Notes under the pieces: generated by a model
Database searches by the model: none
Seen by the model: the letters and a program-made list of their open reading frames with translations, nothing else
Told to the model about the DNA's origin: nothing
Translations under genes and position numbers: made by a program
Shown: positions 39,732 through 51,737 of the stretch, piece by piece
Position numbering within the stretch: the first letter of the stretch is position 1
Layout: each line of letters begins with the position of its first letter
From: Tubulanus polymorphus
Lineage: Eukaryota > Animalia > Nemertea
Direction of reading: 5' to 3'
Length of the DNA: 64,000 nucleotides
NCBI RefSeq assembly: GCF_964204645.1
Contig: NC_134029.1
Span: 10,628,850 to 10,692,849, forward strand

Positions 39732-40166
39732 ATGGAAGATAAAGTTGATGATACTGATATTATTCCTCATGATATAAATAAAACTAAATTAAAAACATAT
39801 TTAGAAAAACAAATATTAGAATTTGAAAGTGACTTAAAGATAAAAAAGAAAAAATATTTAAAAAGTAAAATTATATATTATCTTATTATCAGTGGTTCGG
39901 TTACAATTAGTTCTGTAATAACATTTCTAGCAATATTCAGCCAATTAACACCTTTAGCTATATCAATTGGTGTATTAGGATTAAGTTCAAGTGTTTTAAC
40001 CGGTATAAGTTCAAAATTAGATATAAAAAGTAATAAAGAAAAAATTAAAACTAATATAAAAGAAATTAATAAATTAAAGAATACACTAGATTATATAATA
40101 AGTTTAAATGGTCATATAACAGTTGAAGAACAAGATAAATTATTAAAAGAATTAATAAATTATTAA
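39732..40166 (+). CDS. Two-TM membrane protein (144 aa)
   Basis: Central hydrophobic hairpin; homolog 61603..62037. Confidence 0.8.
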   Translation: MEDKVDDTDIIPHDINKTKLKTYLEKQILEFESDLKIKKKKYLKSKIIYYLIISGSVTISSVITFLAIFSQLTPLAISIGVLGLSSSVLTGISSKLDIKSNKEKIKTNIKEINKLKNTLDYIISLNGHITVEEQDKLLKELINY

Positions 40167-40182
40167 TTTTTTAGTTATATAA

Positions 40183-41512
40183 ATGGCAGATAGTTTTCCA
40201 AAAGCATTCCAATATAATAAATCAATTAAATATAATATTCCAGCAATAGATTTTAAGAAAGATATAACATATAGAAATGAAGTTTTAAATTCATTAATTG
40301 ATTTATATATTTATGTTACTGAAAGTAATAATTTTCATGTAAAGATGGAAAATATATTTCATGTGTATACAATTAATTTCAAAAATTTAAATGAGGCAAA
40401 ACAATGGTTATTAAAATCTAATATGAAGTATTGGCAGAACCAATTAAATTTTGCTGTTTATTGCGCAACAACAGGATGCGGAATTAGTTGGAATGATCAT
40501 TTAAACAAACCAAGTTTGCCACTGATGTTATCACTTTTTAGATTTCATACATATTTTCAAATAAGATTAATATTAGATGAATTAGAATGTCCTTTACCAG
40601 GTTCAAAATATTTTAAAGAATTGAATAATAATATTAATTTTTCTAAGTTTTATAGTTAAAATATGTAATGAATTTAATATTAATTCAAATAAAGACTTTA
40701 GAGCAAAAAATGGAACAATGGGTGGATTAGGAATATTGTATACTAAAGAATTTGGAAAAATAATGACAAATTCAGCTATAAGAACACTAAATTGGAATGA
40801 ATTACCAAAATATTATAATAATATACAACAACAAAACAATAATGGTTGGGTTAATTTCATTTTAGAAAATGGTGAAGGTTTTACTAAAGCTGGTATACAA
40901 AGAATAAATCAATCAATTAGAACTTATTTGATATGTATTTTAGGTGCGCAAGTTGAAACAAGATCCCCAATAATTGGAAATGATAACACTTCATTCGATG
41001 CGCAGAAACAGTTTAAAGTAATATTTGAAGATTCCATTCATAATGATAAAAATAGATCGATTCCGGAAAACATTGTAAGATATCAAAATTATTTAGATAA
41101 ATCACATATTAGATTAAATTATTGTATAGGCCCTAATCTATTTATTATTTCTAATGATTTAGTATTAAAGATGGGAAACATAATTGGTTATGATAATCTA
41201 ATTAAAACTGCAACAATAAATAATTCATTTGGATTGAATGATATAAATAAAAAGATTATCACTGCTCCAAAATTAATGGAAGGTGAAAAAAATAAAAAAC
41301 ACATTCAATCAACTGAAACTAAAACTAATAATACTAAATTAAATAATGATTCTAAAATAAAAGATTACATTACATCAGAAAATATTAGAACTGATAATAT
41401 TCAACATGATATAATTAAACTAAATGATGATAATAAATCCCATGAAAATGCTAAATTAGCTTTAACTTGTATAGGAATTGTAATCGGAGGAATATTATAT
41501 TTTAGATTTTAA
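40183..41512 (+). pseudogene. Conserved Polinton protein with C-terminal TM, split into two ORFs
   Basis: Homolog of intact 60201..61586; motif YWQNQLNFAVYCAT. Confidence 0.75.
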
Positions 41513-41528
41513 TTTTTTTATTATGTAA

Positions 41529-43244
41529 ATGGCAGAAGGTGGAGAAGGTTTTCCATTGGATCCTTTAGATGAACCTGGTATAAGTGATGAACAACAACCT
41601 GATTTTAGTGAAACAAGTTTTAATGACGGTAATGAGCCAGAATATAATACTAATTTAGGTGAAGATGATGATTATGATGATGATTATGATGGAATTAATT
41701 CCGAATTACGTGAAAAATTAATTAAATATTTACAAGCTCCTGAAAGTGGTAGAATTTCAACTAGAACAGAAAGAAAAGAATTCATGGAACTATTAGTAGA
41801 ACAACAAGAAAAATATCCTGATAAACATATGGAATTATATAAAATGAAATCTAGAGTAACAGATACAATTGTTAACGAATTATTACCAAAAGTTGTAATA
41901 GATGAAATTGATACTGAAGATGTTGTAGAACAAATTTTTAAAGATGACCCATATTTCACGAATAATTTAGAATTTAAAAATGATTCATGGTATTATAATC
42001 TTGAATTAAATAGGAATACTGTATCATTTCAATTATCTAGAATGGGTCAAGAAAATATTTTTGAACCTGGAATGCGAGCATTATCTACAATTGAAGGTTC
42101 AAAAGGTGGTAGAGAATTTCTCAGAATTATATGGAATGCACTCGATAGAATAAATAAAGAAGAACCAATTCCTAATATTGATATTAACAAATATTCACCA
42201 TTTAAAAATCCAAATCCAAATCCTAATGATGTTGATCCAGAAATGGAAGAGTATGGAAATCGATTAGATAAATTAAGATCTTCAACACCCGAAACATCGA
42301 GAAGAGATATTCAAAAAATTGATAATGATTCAAATCAATTACAATTAACATTAGAAAAACAATTTGATAGATTAAGAGATTCAGAAGAAGAGATGAATAG
42401 TATATCAGATACATCTGGTTCTGAAACTGGAATAAATCGAATACTATCTTTACTAGAAAGAGGATTACTTGATTTAAATGAAGAACAATTGAACATATTT
42501 CCTGAAAAAGCACGTAGAGAAATTAAAGGTATACAAGTATCAGCTGGTGAAATTGCTAATATTAAGATGAGATTTTCTAAAATAACCATGTTAGAAAAAG
42601 AATTAGCTAATGCAAATGAAGAATTAAAACAATTAGAATTAAATAAAAATCTTCAGTTAATAGAGGAAGCTGATTATGAAAGCAGAAAGTTAGCTTTAGA
42701 AAAAGAAATAGATGATTTAGAATATAACATAAAATTACAAAAAGAAGAAAGGGATACATTATTAAAATCATATGATCTTAATCACATTAAAAAATTAAAA
42801 GTTATTTTTAAAGATTTGTTGATTAAACCAAATTCTAAAATATCATTAAAAGACAGAATAAGATTATTATTTAAATTAGAAGGAATAACAATTCTTTCAA
42901 TTCTAACAGCTGTAACTATGGTATTTACAACAAATGATTTAGCAATATCAAATGCTTTGAAATCTACACCTACTCCCAATAAACCGGATAAACCCCCGAA
43001 TGATAATAATTCTATACAAGATAAAGTTAAGGATGGTTTAAAGAAATTAGCAAAATATTTATGGGAACTATCTAAAAAATCTGCTGCAGCATTGCCAGGA
43101 GTTATTGCATCAATTGTTGGTTTTATATTGAAATCTGCAGGAAACATTATTAACTTTGCTGCTGAACATATTATTTTATTTTTAATTACAGTTGTAAGTG
43201 CTATTATTTTTGGGTTAGTAAATATGATATCAAAAAATAAATAA
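41529..43244 (+). CDS. Acidic/coiled-coil protein with C-terminal hydrophobic segments (571 aa)
   Basis: Long ORF; C-terminal part matches 58604..60184. Confidence 0.8.
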   Translation: MAEGGEGFPLDPLDEPGISDEQQPDFSETSFNDGNEPEYNTNLGEDDDYDDDYDGINSELREKLIKYLQAPESGRISTRTERKEFMELLVEQQEKYPDKHMELYKMKSRVTDTIVNELLPKVVIDEIDTEDVVEQIFKDDPYFTNNLEFKNDSWYYNLELNRNTVSFQLSRMGQENIFEPGMRALSTIEGSKGGREFLRIIWNALDRINKEEPIPNIDINKYSPFKNPNPNPNDVDPEMEEYGNRLDKLRSSTPETSRRDIQKIDNDSNQLQLTLEKQFDRLRDSEEEMNSISDTSGSETGINRILSLLERGLLDLNEEQLNIFPEKARREIKGIQVSAGEIANIKMRFSKITMLEKELANANEELKQLELNKNLQLIEEADYESRKLALEKEIDDLEYNIKLQKEERDTLLKSYDLNHIKKLKVIFKDLLIKPNSKISLKDRIRLLFKLEGITILSILTAVTMVFTTNDLAISNALKSTPTPNKPDKPPNDNNSIQDKVKDGLKKLAKYLWELSKKSAAALPGVIASIVGFILKSAGNIINFAAEHIILFLITVVSAIIFGLVNMISKNK

Positions 43245-43263
43245 TTAATTTTTTGTTAAATAA

Positions 43264-44501
43264 ATGAGTGGGAGTTATATCAATCCTTCTAAGAATCATA
43301 GAATATCTAATGCTATTAAAGCAGAAAGATCACATCATATAATTACTCATAACCCTTCTAATATTAATCCTGATGAAACTTTATATGTTAGAATTCCTCG
43401 ATTAACACAAAATACTTTTTACGTTCCAAATAGTATTTATTTATCAGCCGATATAAAAGTAATCGGTAATAATAATAATTATGTTGTTGATAATGTTGGG
43501 AGATATTTGATTAAAAAGTTAACAATAAAGATTGGTCCAGAAACAGTTTTCTCATTAGATGATTATAATTTATTTATGCATTATAAAGATTTATGGTTAA
43601 CTAAAGAAAACAGAAATAATATGATATTTCAAGGCATCCAATCAGAAAACCAAAATAAATTAAGATCAGGAGCTAATGACGCAATAGTAACTCGTACCGC
43701 AGATAATTTGATAAAAAAGATTTATGGAAGCAGATATAAAATTCCATTAGACTTTGAATTGATAAATAATAATGCGCCTTTATATAAATATGCAATTCAA
43801 GAAGACGTTATATTCGAAATAACATTTGCTCCTGTAAATGAAATTGTAATATCTAGCGTTAATAAAGATATGAGTTATAAATTATCGAATATATGTTTAG
43901 AATATGATACAGTAACTGACGAAAATATTTCAAGTATAATTCAAACTCAATACAATCAAGGATTTTCATTATTATATGATTATATTGATAAATTTAAAAC
44001 CGTAACTATTAATGCAAATGATGAAATAATTAATGAGAATATTAACTTCCCAAGGAGATCTATTAAAGGCATATTAATATTTTTTACCATTGCAACATAT
44101 TCTAATGGTGCAATACAGGTTGATAAGTATTATAATCCTGAAATAACAAAAGTAGAAATAACTATCGAAGGAATAGCAAATAAAATATTTTGTCAAGGAA
44201 TGATCAATGGCCAGAAATTAGAAAACATTTTATGAATGAAAAAGTAAAATCATCTGAAAATTGTAACATTAATCAAATTGATTATTATACCGGTAATAAA
44301 TATGCATTATGGTTAGATTTTAGAACAACAGAGGATAATTCATTACATGGTTCTGGAAAAAAACTACAGAAAACTAAAGATGGAATACAATTATTCATGA
44401 CAAAGAATAAAGGAATCAAAAATTTTAAAATGCACATTTATATTATATCTGACGCGCAATTAGATATTGTAAATTCTCAATTAAATAGTGTTATGTATTA
44501 A
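43264..44501 (+). pseudogene. Probable major capsid protein, frameshifted by a 10-nt deletion near 44200
   Basis: Homolog of intact 415-aa ORF 57313..58560. Confidence 0.7.
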
Positions 44502-44533
44502 AATTTTAACTTTAATAAAAATTTATATAATAA

Positions 44534-45411
44534 ATGGAAGGGGGGAAAGTATATAAACATATTCCATACATCGATACACATGAAAATAATGATGGTTTAT
44601 ATTATGTAATACCTTATAATATAGCTTTGATATTTGATCCTAACTAAACTAATAGAAATCGATAATAATAAAAGTGGTGTTGTTGATAATTTAAGTAATG
44701 TAATTGATAATAATGTAATACCTACTACATCTAATAATGTAATACCTTCTACATCTAATAATGTAATACCTACTACATCTAATAATGTAATACCCTCTAC
44801 ATCAAATAATGTTATACCTTCTACATCTAATAATGAAATAATATTAAATGTTAGTGAAAATAGAAATTATTGTGATTATTGTAAAGGTGAATTTTCAAAC
44901 GCTCCATCAAATTGGAATAATCATATGAATACAAATTCACATATAATTAATGTAATAGATCGTGTTGGTATAAGAGAATTTATAGAACACCCATTTAATT
45001 ATGTTACAAAGTTTGTTTCAAATAAAAAAGTAGATGGTAAAGATTTATATAAAGATTTATTAGGTGAATTTTTATCTAAGGAACCTAGTAATGATGAATT
45101 AGATTTATCTGCTGCTAAAAAAATACTAGAATCAAGCATTGTAAATACAATATTAAGGTCAAACACTAAAGAAAGATGATAATGAAAATGGTGCCATACG
45201 GCACCCACATGGTGATATAGTTACAGGAAAGCGCATTGATAATAAAGATTCTATGAAACATAAAGTAGAAAATAAAGATATAGTTGAGATGACTAATAAG
45301 TATATCAATAAACCATTTATTTATGAAGATACGGTAGAGCATTTGAATAAATTGTTAGGGTCTGATAGTGAAAGTGATTCAGAAAGTGATTATCTAACAC
45401 TCAAAAAGTAA
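44534..45411 (+). pseudogene. Low-complexity zinc-finger protein with NNVIPSTS repeats, frameshifted
   Basis: Homolog of 56282..57280; CxxC...H.....H motif; 24-nt tandem repeat. Confidence 0.7.
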
Positions 45412-45767
45412 TAAAGGTTGAAAATTGTATAAATAATAGTAAATAAAAAAGGGGGTTTTAAGTATTAAGGTATCTAATACGTATCTAATACGTATCTAAT
45501 ACATATCTAATACGTATCTAATACATATTATTTGAAAATACCTTAAATTATATTTCTTTTTTAAATTTATATTGAAACCTCAGTAATAATAAATAACCTT
45601 TATTATTTTCAAACTTATTCATATATTAGTTGAAAAAAATAAAAATAAATTGGTTGAAAATTATATGAATAATATTTATTTTAAAAATGGGGTTCTAAGT
45701 ATTAATGTATTTAATACGTATCTAATACGTATTTAATACGCATTAGATAGATAGATATTTTAAATAG

Positions 45768-46379
45768 TTATTTTATAAACTTATATTCATAGGGAAATTG
45801 TAATCTCAGTAATAATTTTGAACCTTTATTATTCTTTAATTTATTCATATATTCATCATGTAATTCAGTAGGTATAATTTGATTTTCTTCCAATAATTGT
45901 TGCATAGATTTTTTATCTTTGTTATAAAATAAAACTAGAAATCTTATATTCTCCCTAAAGTCTTTAACAATTGAATTATATTTTTGATTTAAAACCCATG
46001 TTGTTATCCCGAAATGTCTCCCAGAGAAAGCTAAATAACATAACTCACTTTCTCTCACTTTTGAATCATGTAAATTTGCGCAATCATCTACAATGAATAA
46101 TGTATTTGATCCTTTATAAGTATCAATTGCTATTTTAATACAATTATCTAAATTTTCTTTTACTGTTTTAGGATCTAATATAATAAACTTTTTTATCTTA
46201 ACTATATCTCTATTTTATGTTTTATTCATTTCATAAGTAGGGCAGAATAATATTATATTATCAAAATGATTCTTATAAATAGTTTCTAACAAATCTAATA
46301 TGAAATGTGTTTTACCACAATTGGTTACTCCAGTAACTAACATATTATGCGGTTCAAATATAAATAAATCTTTATTCAT
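45768..46379 (-). pseudogene. A32/FtsK-like packaging ATPase, disrupted
   Basis: Walker A GVTNCGKT retained; TAT>TAA nonsense codon and frameshift near 46200 relative to copy B. Confidence 0.85.
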
Positions 46380-47490
46380 TTATTTTTTTAATTTTACTAG
46401 ATAAAATCCATTCATTAAATTTATCATCATATCCTTTATATTTCACTGAAGAATACTTTTTTCCTTTAAGAGTTTTTGTTTTCAATACTTTTTCTATTTT
46501 GTATTCTATTTCATCTGGATTTGGTACAAGTGATAATTCTTGTTCATAGAAATAACCTAATATTTCTTCATCTTTTAGATCTTCTAATTTATAAACAAAA
46601 GGTTTAGTTAATATTATCTTTTTAATTTTAAATATTTCTTCAGTAAAATTTGGGGTATAACCTTTATAAAATGTTTTTCTATATTTAGATATTCTAACGT
46701 GTTGCCTAATTTTAAATTTAGGTTCTCCGAAATCACGTGTAACAAATGCTCCATATAAATTATTCCATACTATTTCTGAATTATCTTCTTTTCTAGCTTG
46801 TATAGGTTTCATATTTATAGAACTATGTTTAGAATTATTATAACCTTTCACTAAATCATCTAACACATCGATATATTTATATGTTTCATTAGCAGTAAAA
46901 TATTTCCACATTCTAGTTTTCAATGTTTTATTAAATCTTTCTATAATAGATGCTTTTTTATCTGAGTGTGTTGAAAAATAATCTACATCGTTATCAGATA
47001 ATAGTTTTTTAAAATGTTTGTTATAAAATTCCTTACCTTCATCAAATTGTATCTTATCTGGAATAGCTTCTTTAAATATAGATTTAAAAGCATTTGTTAC
47101 TTCTATTCCAGTTTTATTTTTGATTGAAATTGACCATGCGTATCGACTGAATATGTCTATAACATTTAATATCCAGAAATATCCTTTGTTGTATTCCTCT
47201 AAGTTCTTCATGTCAATTAAATCTGATTGCCATTGTTGATCGACATATGAAACCATAACTTTTCTTGTTAAATAACTTTTATCCATTTTCTTGTGGATTT
47301 GATATGTTGGTTGATTTTGTAACCATGATTTTAATTCACTATATTTTATATCACCATGTGGGTGCCATACGGCACCATTACCATTTTCATTATCAGATTT
47401 AATTTTATTCCATAATTCTGAAACGTTAGAATATGATACTTCACTTTCTGGGTTATAATATAAATCTCTTAAATATTGTTCTTTTTTCAT
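46372..47490 (-). CDS. Retroviral-like (rve, DDE) integrase with C-terminal chromo-like domain, intact
   Basis: WQSDLIDM, QFDEGKEF and ERFNKTLK motifs; VKYKGYDDKFNEWI tail. Confidence 0.93.
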   Translation of the reverse strand: MKKEQYLRDLYYNPESEVSYSNVSELWNKIKSDNENGNGAVWHPHGDIKYSELKSWLQNQPTYQIHKKMDKSYLTRKVMVSYVDQQWQSDLIDMKNLEEYNKGYFWILNVIDIFSRYAWSISIKNKTGIEVTNAFKSIFKEAIPDKIQFDEGKEFYNKHFKKLLSDNDVDYFSTHSDKKASIIERFNKTLKTRMWKYFTANETYKYIDVLDDLVKGYNNSKHSSINMKPIQARKEDNSEIVWNNLYGAFVTRDFGEPKFKIRQHVRISKYRKTFYKGYTPNFTEEIFKIKKIILTKPFVYKLEDLKDEEILGYFYEQELSLVPNPDEIEYKIEKVLKTKTLKGKKYSSVKYKGYDDKFNEWILSSKIKKINE

Positions 47491-47496
47491 CTTCTT

Positions 47497-47856
47497 TTAA
47501 TCCATCAATAATAATCTTGGTTTATTTTCAATGACTTTATGATTTGACTTATTTTCTGGTATGATAGGTTTATTGTCATTGGAATCATATTTATCATCAG
47601 ATTTGAATTTTGATTTATATATTACACCGGATATCATAATAACTGTTACTAATCCAATTGTAATATATAATTTATAATTACTTCCAGCATTACAAGAATC
47701 AGATGGATTATTATTTGAATCAATATCAGGTGATTCATTTATATCAGTTAATTTCTTTTTCTTAGCTTTTTTTAATTCTGAAGATCTTTTACCTAATTCT
47801 CTTGCCCATTTAATTTGTTTTTCAGATCTAGCCTTTTTCTTAACTCCATCACTCAT
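47497..47856 (-). CDS. Basic N-terminus, single-TM protein (119 aa)
   Basis: Homolog 54035..54421. Confidence 0.75.
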   Translation of the reverse strand: MSDGVKKKARSEKQIKWARELGKRSSELKKAKKKKLTDINESPDIDSNNNPSDSCNAGSNYKLYITIGLVTVIMISGVIYKSKFKSDDKYDSNDNKPIIPENKSNHKVIENKPRLLLMD

Positions 47857-48451
47857 TTATTTTAGTTAATTTTTGTTCTGATTCATTTTCTGTTTCACTG
47901 TTTGGTTGTAGTACATCTGTTTCGTTCTTACCTGATTTATATTCCATAGGCTTGATGTTCGAAAATGTTATGACGCCAGTAGAAATTAATGTCATAACCG
48001 ATCCTAATTGAAATGAAGCATAACCAACCCATTTTTGTAATTCAGTCATAACTAAATAGTCATTTTTTAAATCACTATATAATTTATTTTCATCATCAAT
48101 TGGTATTAACTGGTTACATAACTTAGAATAACATTTGACAATACCATCTGAAATAGAATCATTTATTCTAGCTAATCTTGCCTCTTCATAAATCTTAAAA
48201 TATTTTATTACTTTATCGGGTTTCATAGCATCTAATTCTTGAAAAGTTATTATTTTTCCCAAGAAATCCTTAGATTTCCCACCAGCAATTAGTAATTCAA
48301 GATGGTGTTTACAATATAAATAATATTCATAATCAATATTACAATTTACTTGAGCACAATTAGTTACAACTGTATCTTTATTATCACTTATACCCAAATC
48401 ATCTAATGTTTTTTCAATATCAATACTATTCTTATTAGATTTCTTTGACAT
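47849..48451 (-). CDS. Polinton hypothetical protein (200 aa)
   Basis: Homolog 53425..54042; TAAATG start. Confidence 0.8.
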   Translation of the reverse strand: MSKKSNKNSIDIEKTLDDLGISDNKDTVVTNCAQVNCNIDYEYYLYCKHHLELLIAGGKSKDFLGKIITFQELDAMKPDKVIKYFKIYEEARLARINDSISDGIVKCYSKLCNQLIPIDDENKLYSDLKNDYLVMTELQKWVGYASFQLGSVMTLISTGVITFSNIKPMEYKSGKNETDVLQPNSETENESEQKLTKINE

Positions 48452-48919
48452 TTATATTAGAGAAAAAAAGCAAAAAAAATATTATAAGTATTCTTCAAAT
48501 GATACTAGCTAGTTAAAGCTAAAGAATTCTAGTATTGACTACTGATACTAGCTATTTGAATTTAAAGAATTTCTATTTGAATCTATTCAAAATATAAAGT
48601 ATTCTCTTTTTGAAAAGAAAATATTAAAAATATAATAGAATTCACTAGCTAGTTGAAGTTATTGTTTTTTTATTATATTATATTATTATATTATATTATT
48701 ATTATATTATATTATTATTTTACTATTTGATATCACCATGTGGGTGCCGTACGGCACCATCTCACTACTATTGTCTATCTATTAGGAGCAGTAATTATAA
48801 CTGTCCAGATAAGTCATTTCGGATCCTCGATAATAAATCCTCAACTGAAAATAAATTCAAAGAAACGACTGGTGGAATAACTATTTCATAAACACATATA
48901 TTTATTATGCAAATTTTAG

Positions 48920-49275
48920 CGATCAATAATAGAACAATGGAGAACAATAGAAAAGCGGTTCAATCGGACCGGTTATTGCGCAATACACAGTTATATTTTT
49001 ATTCTGTAAACTACAACATTCAAACATAGAACTGTAACCAATCAATATTGAGCAGCTGTTTCCGTCAACAACGATCGATAATAGAACAATGGAGAACAAT
49101 AGAAAAGCGGTTCAATCGGACCGGTTATTGCGCAATACTTAGTTAACAGTAAACAATCAATACAGAAAAACCGCCGCCATTAACAACGATCAATAATAGA
49201 ACAATGGAGAACAATAGAAATGCGGTCCAATCGGACCGGTTATTGCGCAATACTTAGTTAACAGTAAACAATACA
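48920..49275. repeat. Three direct repeats of a ~70-bp core (copy A subterminal region)
   Basis: gatcaataatagaacaatggagaacaatagaaaagcggttcaatcggaccggttattgcgcaatac at ~48920, 49073 and 49188. Confidence 0.9.
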
Positions 49276-49348
49276 ATATTGAAACAGATATATACTATCG
49301 AGATTACATTTTTGTTATCTATATTACAAAGACCTTCAGTGTTATAAT

Positions 49349-49817
49349 CTATAATTTTGTCCAGAATTCTTTAATTACTGGATTGTTTCCAATCATTTCT
49401 TCAATTTCTGGTAAATATCTGACTACTTCACTAAATGCTAATCCTAATATTTTGAATTTTTCATATTTCATTAATCTACCTACTCTTCTCAGTTTTCTTT
49501 CAAAACCGGCACTGATATCTCCACTCATTTTCTTAGTTTTCGATTCTTTGAGTCCCAACAGCAATTTAAGTCGCGTTGCTGGTAGTTTTGGTAATTGTAG
49601 TTCGCGCGGTAATTGTTTATTATGTATTACATCACTCACGAATTTTCACCATTTCTTGATGATAGTCCAAATGTTCTTGTAATTTTTGTGAAGTTTGTTC
49701 GTCAATTACGAGAGTTTCATCCTCCATTTCTATTGATTCCTGAGTTTCACTATCCAGCAGCAATCGTTCCTCACCCGTTGGTTGGCTTAGAATTTCTGGT
49801 TGATCTCTGTATTCCAT
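49349..49817 (-). CDS. Two small overlapping hypothetical ORFs (61 aa and 96 aa)
   Basis: ORF track; TAAAATG start at 49817; degraded mirror sequence at ~51400-51660. Confidence 0.4.
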
Positions 49818-50184
49818 TTTAATCTAAAAGATGTCGTGAAAATGAATTACTGTACTTAAATATGTTTAAAGGTTTCCCTACTTCATAATAACTACAAAAA
49901 ACGGTACTTACACTTAGATTTAGAACTGTAAACTGTGTTTTGAGAGAGAATATCCAATACGTACTATGTATGTGAAAGTTGATTTCTAACTGCCGACGTG
50001 GCGCACGTTCGACCAAACTAATTATTTCTGCTCGTTTGCCAGGATTGTAACAGATGTTCCTTTATGATGAAGTTAATTAATTCTTTAGAATTGAAAACAA
50101 GATATATTTGGCAACATATGTTTTAGTAGTAAGCAAAAGCTATGTATTATATACATACAAAGCTCAAATAGAATTGCCAGCTTT

Positions 50185-50520
50185 CTAACCACTAATCAAA
50201 ACCTCAGAATGCGGTTGATTCTGTGAAATACTATTCCATAATTCAACAAATGTCTTTGCTTTATCCAGTTGATCTAAATATAACTGTAAATCTAGTTTAT
50301 TGGATTTAATTATGTTTTCCTTCTTTTCTAAAGGTCTTAGATTCTTCCAATTCCATATTAGCTTCTTATTATAATCATGACTCATGTCAAATTTAGAAAT
50401 CGGCAACACGTGATCAATATGAAGGTATTCACCATAATTATCTATATTCATTTTATATCATCGAATTGATATATTATCCATGATTTGAGAAATTTATCTG
50501 AACAACCCAATAAATTAGAA
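50185..50520 (-). pseudogene. 5'-truncated HNH endonuclease
   Basis: HIDHVLPISKF...NLRPLEKKEN matches 52510..53175. Confidence 0.8.
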
Positions 50521-50759
50521 TTAAATGAAAAATAAATTCTCACACGCTCGAATTTATTTTTCATTTTCATGAGTTTCACTCCTAATTCAAGTAGAAATTG
50601 TAATTATTTTTATGTTTTTCATTTTTACTCACCCGCCCGTTCAACCTTTAGCTTGAAAGCCCATTATCCCTATTACTCTTAAAATATTCATATATATATG
50701 AATAACATTTAAATCATTGAACTTCTAAAATCAATTTTAATAAAAAATATAGTATTAAA

Positions 50760-51032
50760 ATGGAAGCAAATAAGTACTACTGCCCAACATGTAATATCGA
50801 TATAGATAAGTCTCAAAAAGCAAGACACAATAAAACTATAACACATTTAGAGAATAAATTGAAACTAGAATATTTACAGTTATATTCAGAACAGTTAACA
50901 AAAGGAAAGAAATTTATTGAATTATGGAACACTAATCCAAATAATGAACAATACGTTGAGGATACGATGTTTATACTAGAAAATGATTCTATTTTAGCCT
51001 ATATACATTCAATGTACAGAGCTATAGAATAA
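50760..51032 (+). pseudogene. Chimeric ORF: pPolB N-terminus fused to HNH C-terminus
   Basis: First ~38 aa match the 27258 ORF; LQLYSEQLTKGKKFIELWN matches the end of the 52510 ORF. Confidence 0.8.
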
Positions 51033-51737
51033 ATCTATAAATTCACAGCTGTTACAGTTGTTACTATAACGACGAGACATTATGACACGTCATAATCAGA
51101 AACGTGTAGAACACTCTAGAACCGGAACTAGATGACGTGGCATAATCAACGACGTGTTCATTCTAGAAATCGCCCCGGAAATGGATATACACTGTAATAT
51201 TGTGCTCAGGATATTCTATCTTTCGAAACGAAATTAGGAGTTTATAGTTTACAATTATAAATCTAAATGTAAGTACTGTTTGTTGTAGTTATTAAGGCTA
51301 TTAAATACGAAACCTTTAGATATATTTAAGTGTATTTAGTATATATTTTAGATGGTTAGAGTTACCGCTAATATCTTTTAGATTAATAAAAAGTCATACG
51401 CATCAAGAAGCGATAGAGAAACTCAAGATACTCTTTCTGACTGAGGAATCAACAGCAATGGATATCAAACCAATAGAAACTGGCGTAGAATCACCAAAAG
51501 ATCGACGAAGAAACTATATAAGAATTTCAAAAACATTAAGACTCCAATGATTAAGTTTAACATTTGTTGTCGTAGTTAAATATTTACCAACAATTGAAAA
51601 AATGTTTGTAATTATAAATTGTATTTATAGAAATCAAATGATGTATTGGAAGAAACGACTGAACAAATTGTATAATGTATTGTGTAAATCTGTTTGGTGA
51701 ATTTTTATGTTCAGTCGTTTCAATAATAATTCGTTTC

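Larger units (their letters stand above)
26865..50520 (+). mobile_element. Polinton/Maverick (adintovirus-like endogenous virus), copy A, partly degraded
   Basis: pPolB, rve integrase, A32-like ATPase and capsid-like genes in an AT-rich, gene-dense, intronless block; ends approximate, no TIR pair found. Confidence 0.9.

Noticed and set aside
41684-43147. Antisense ORFs inside Polinton genes (also 56348-56852 and 58599-59622)
   Set aside because: Shadow ORFs opposite real AT-rich coding sequences
26500-51300. Canonical Polinton TIRs with a 6-bp TSD
   Set aside because: No matching long inverted termini could be paired by eye; boundaries left approximate
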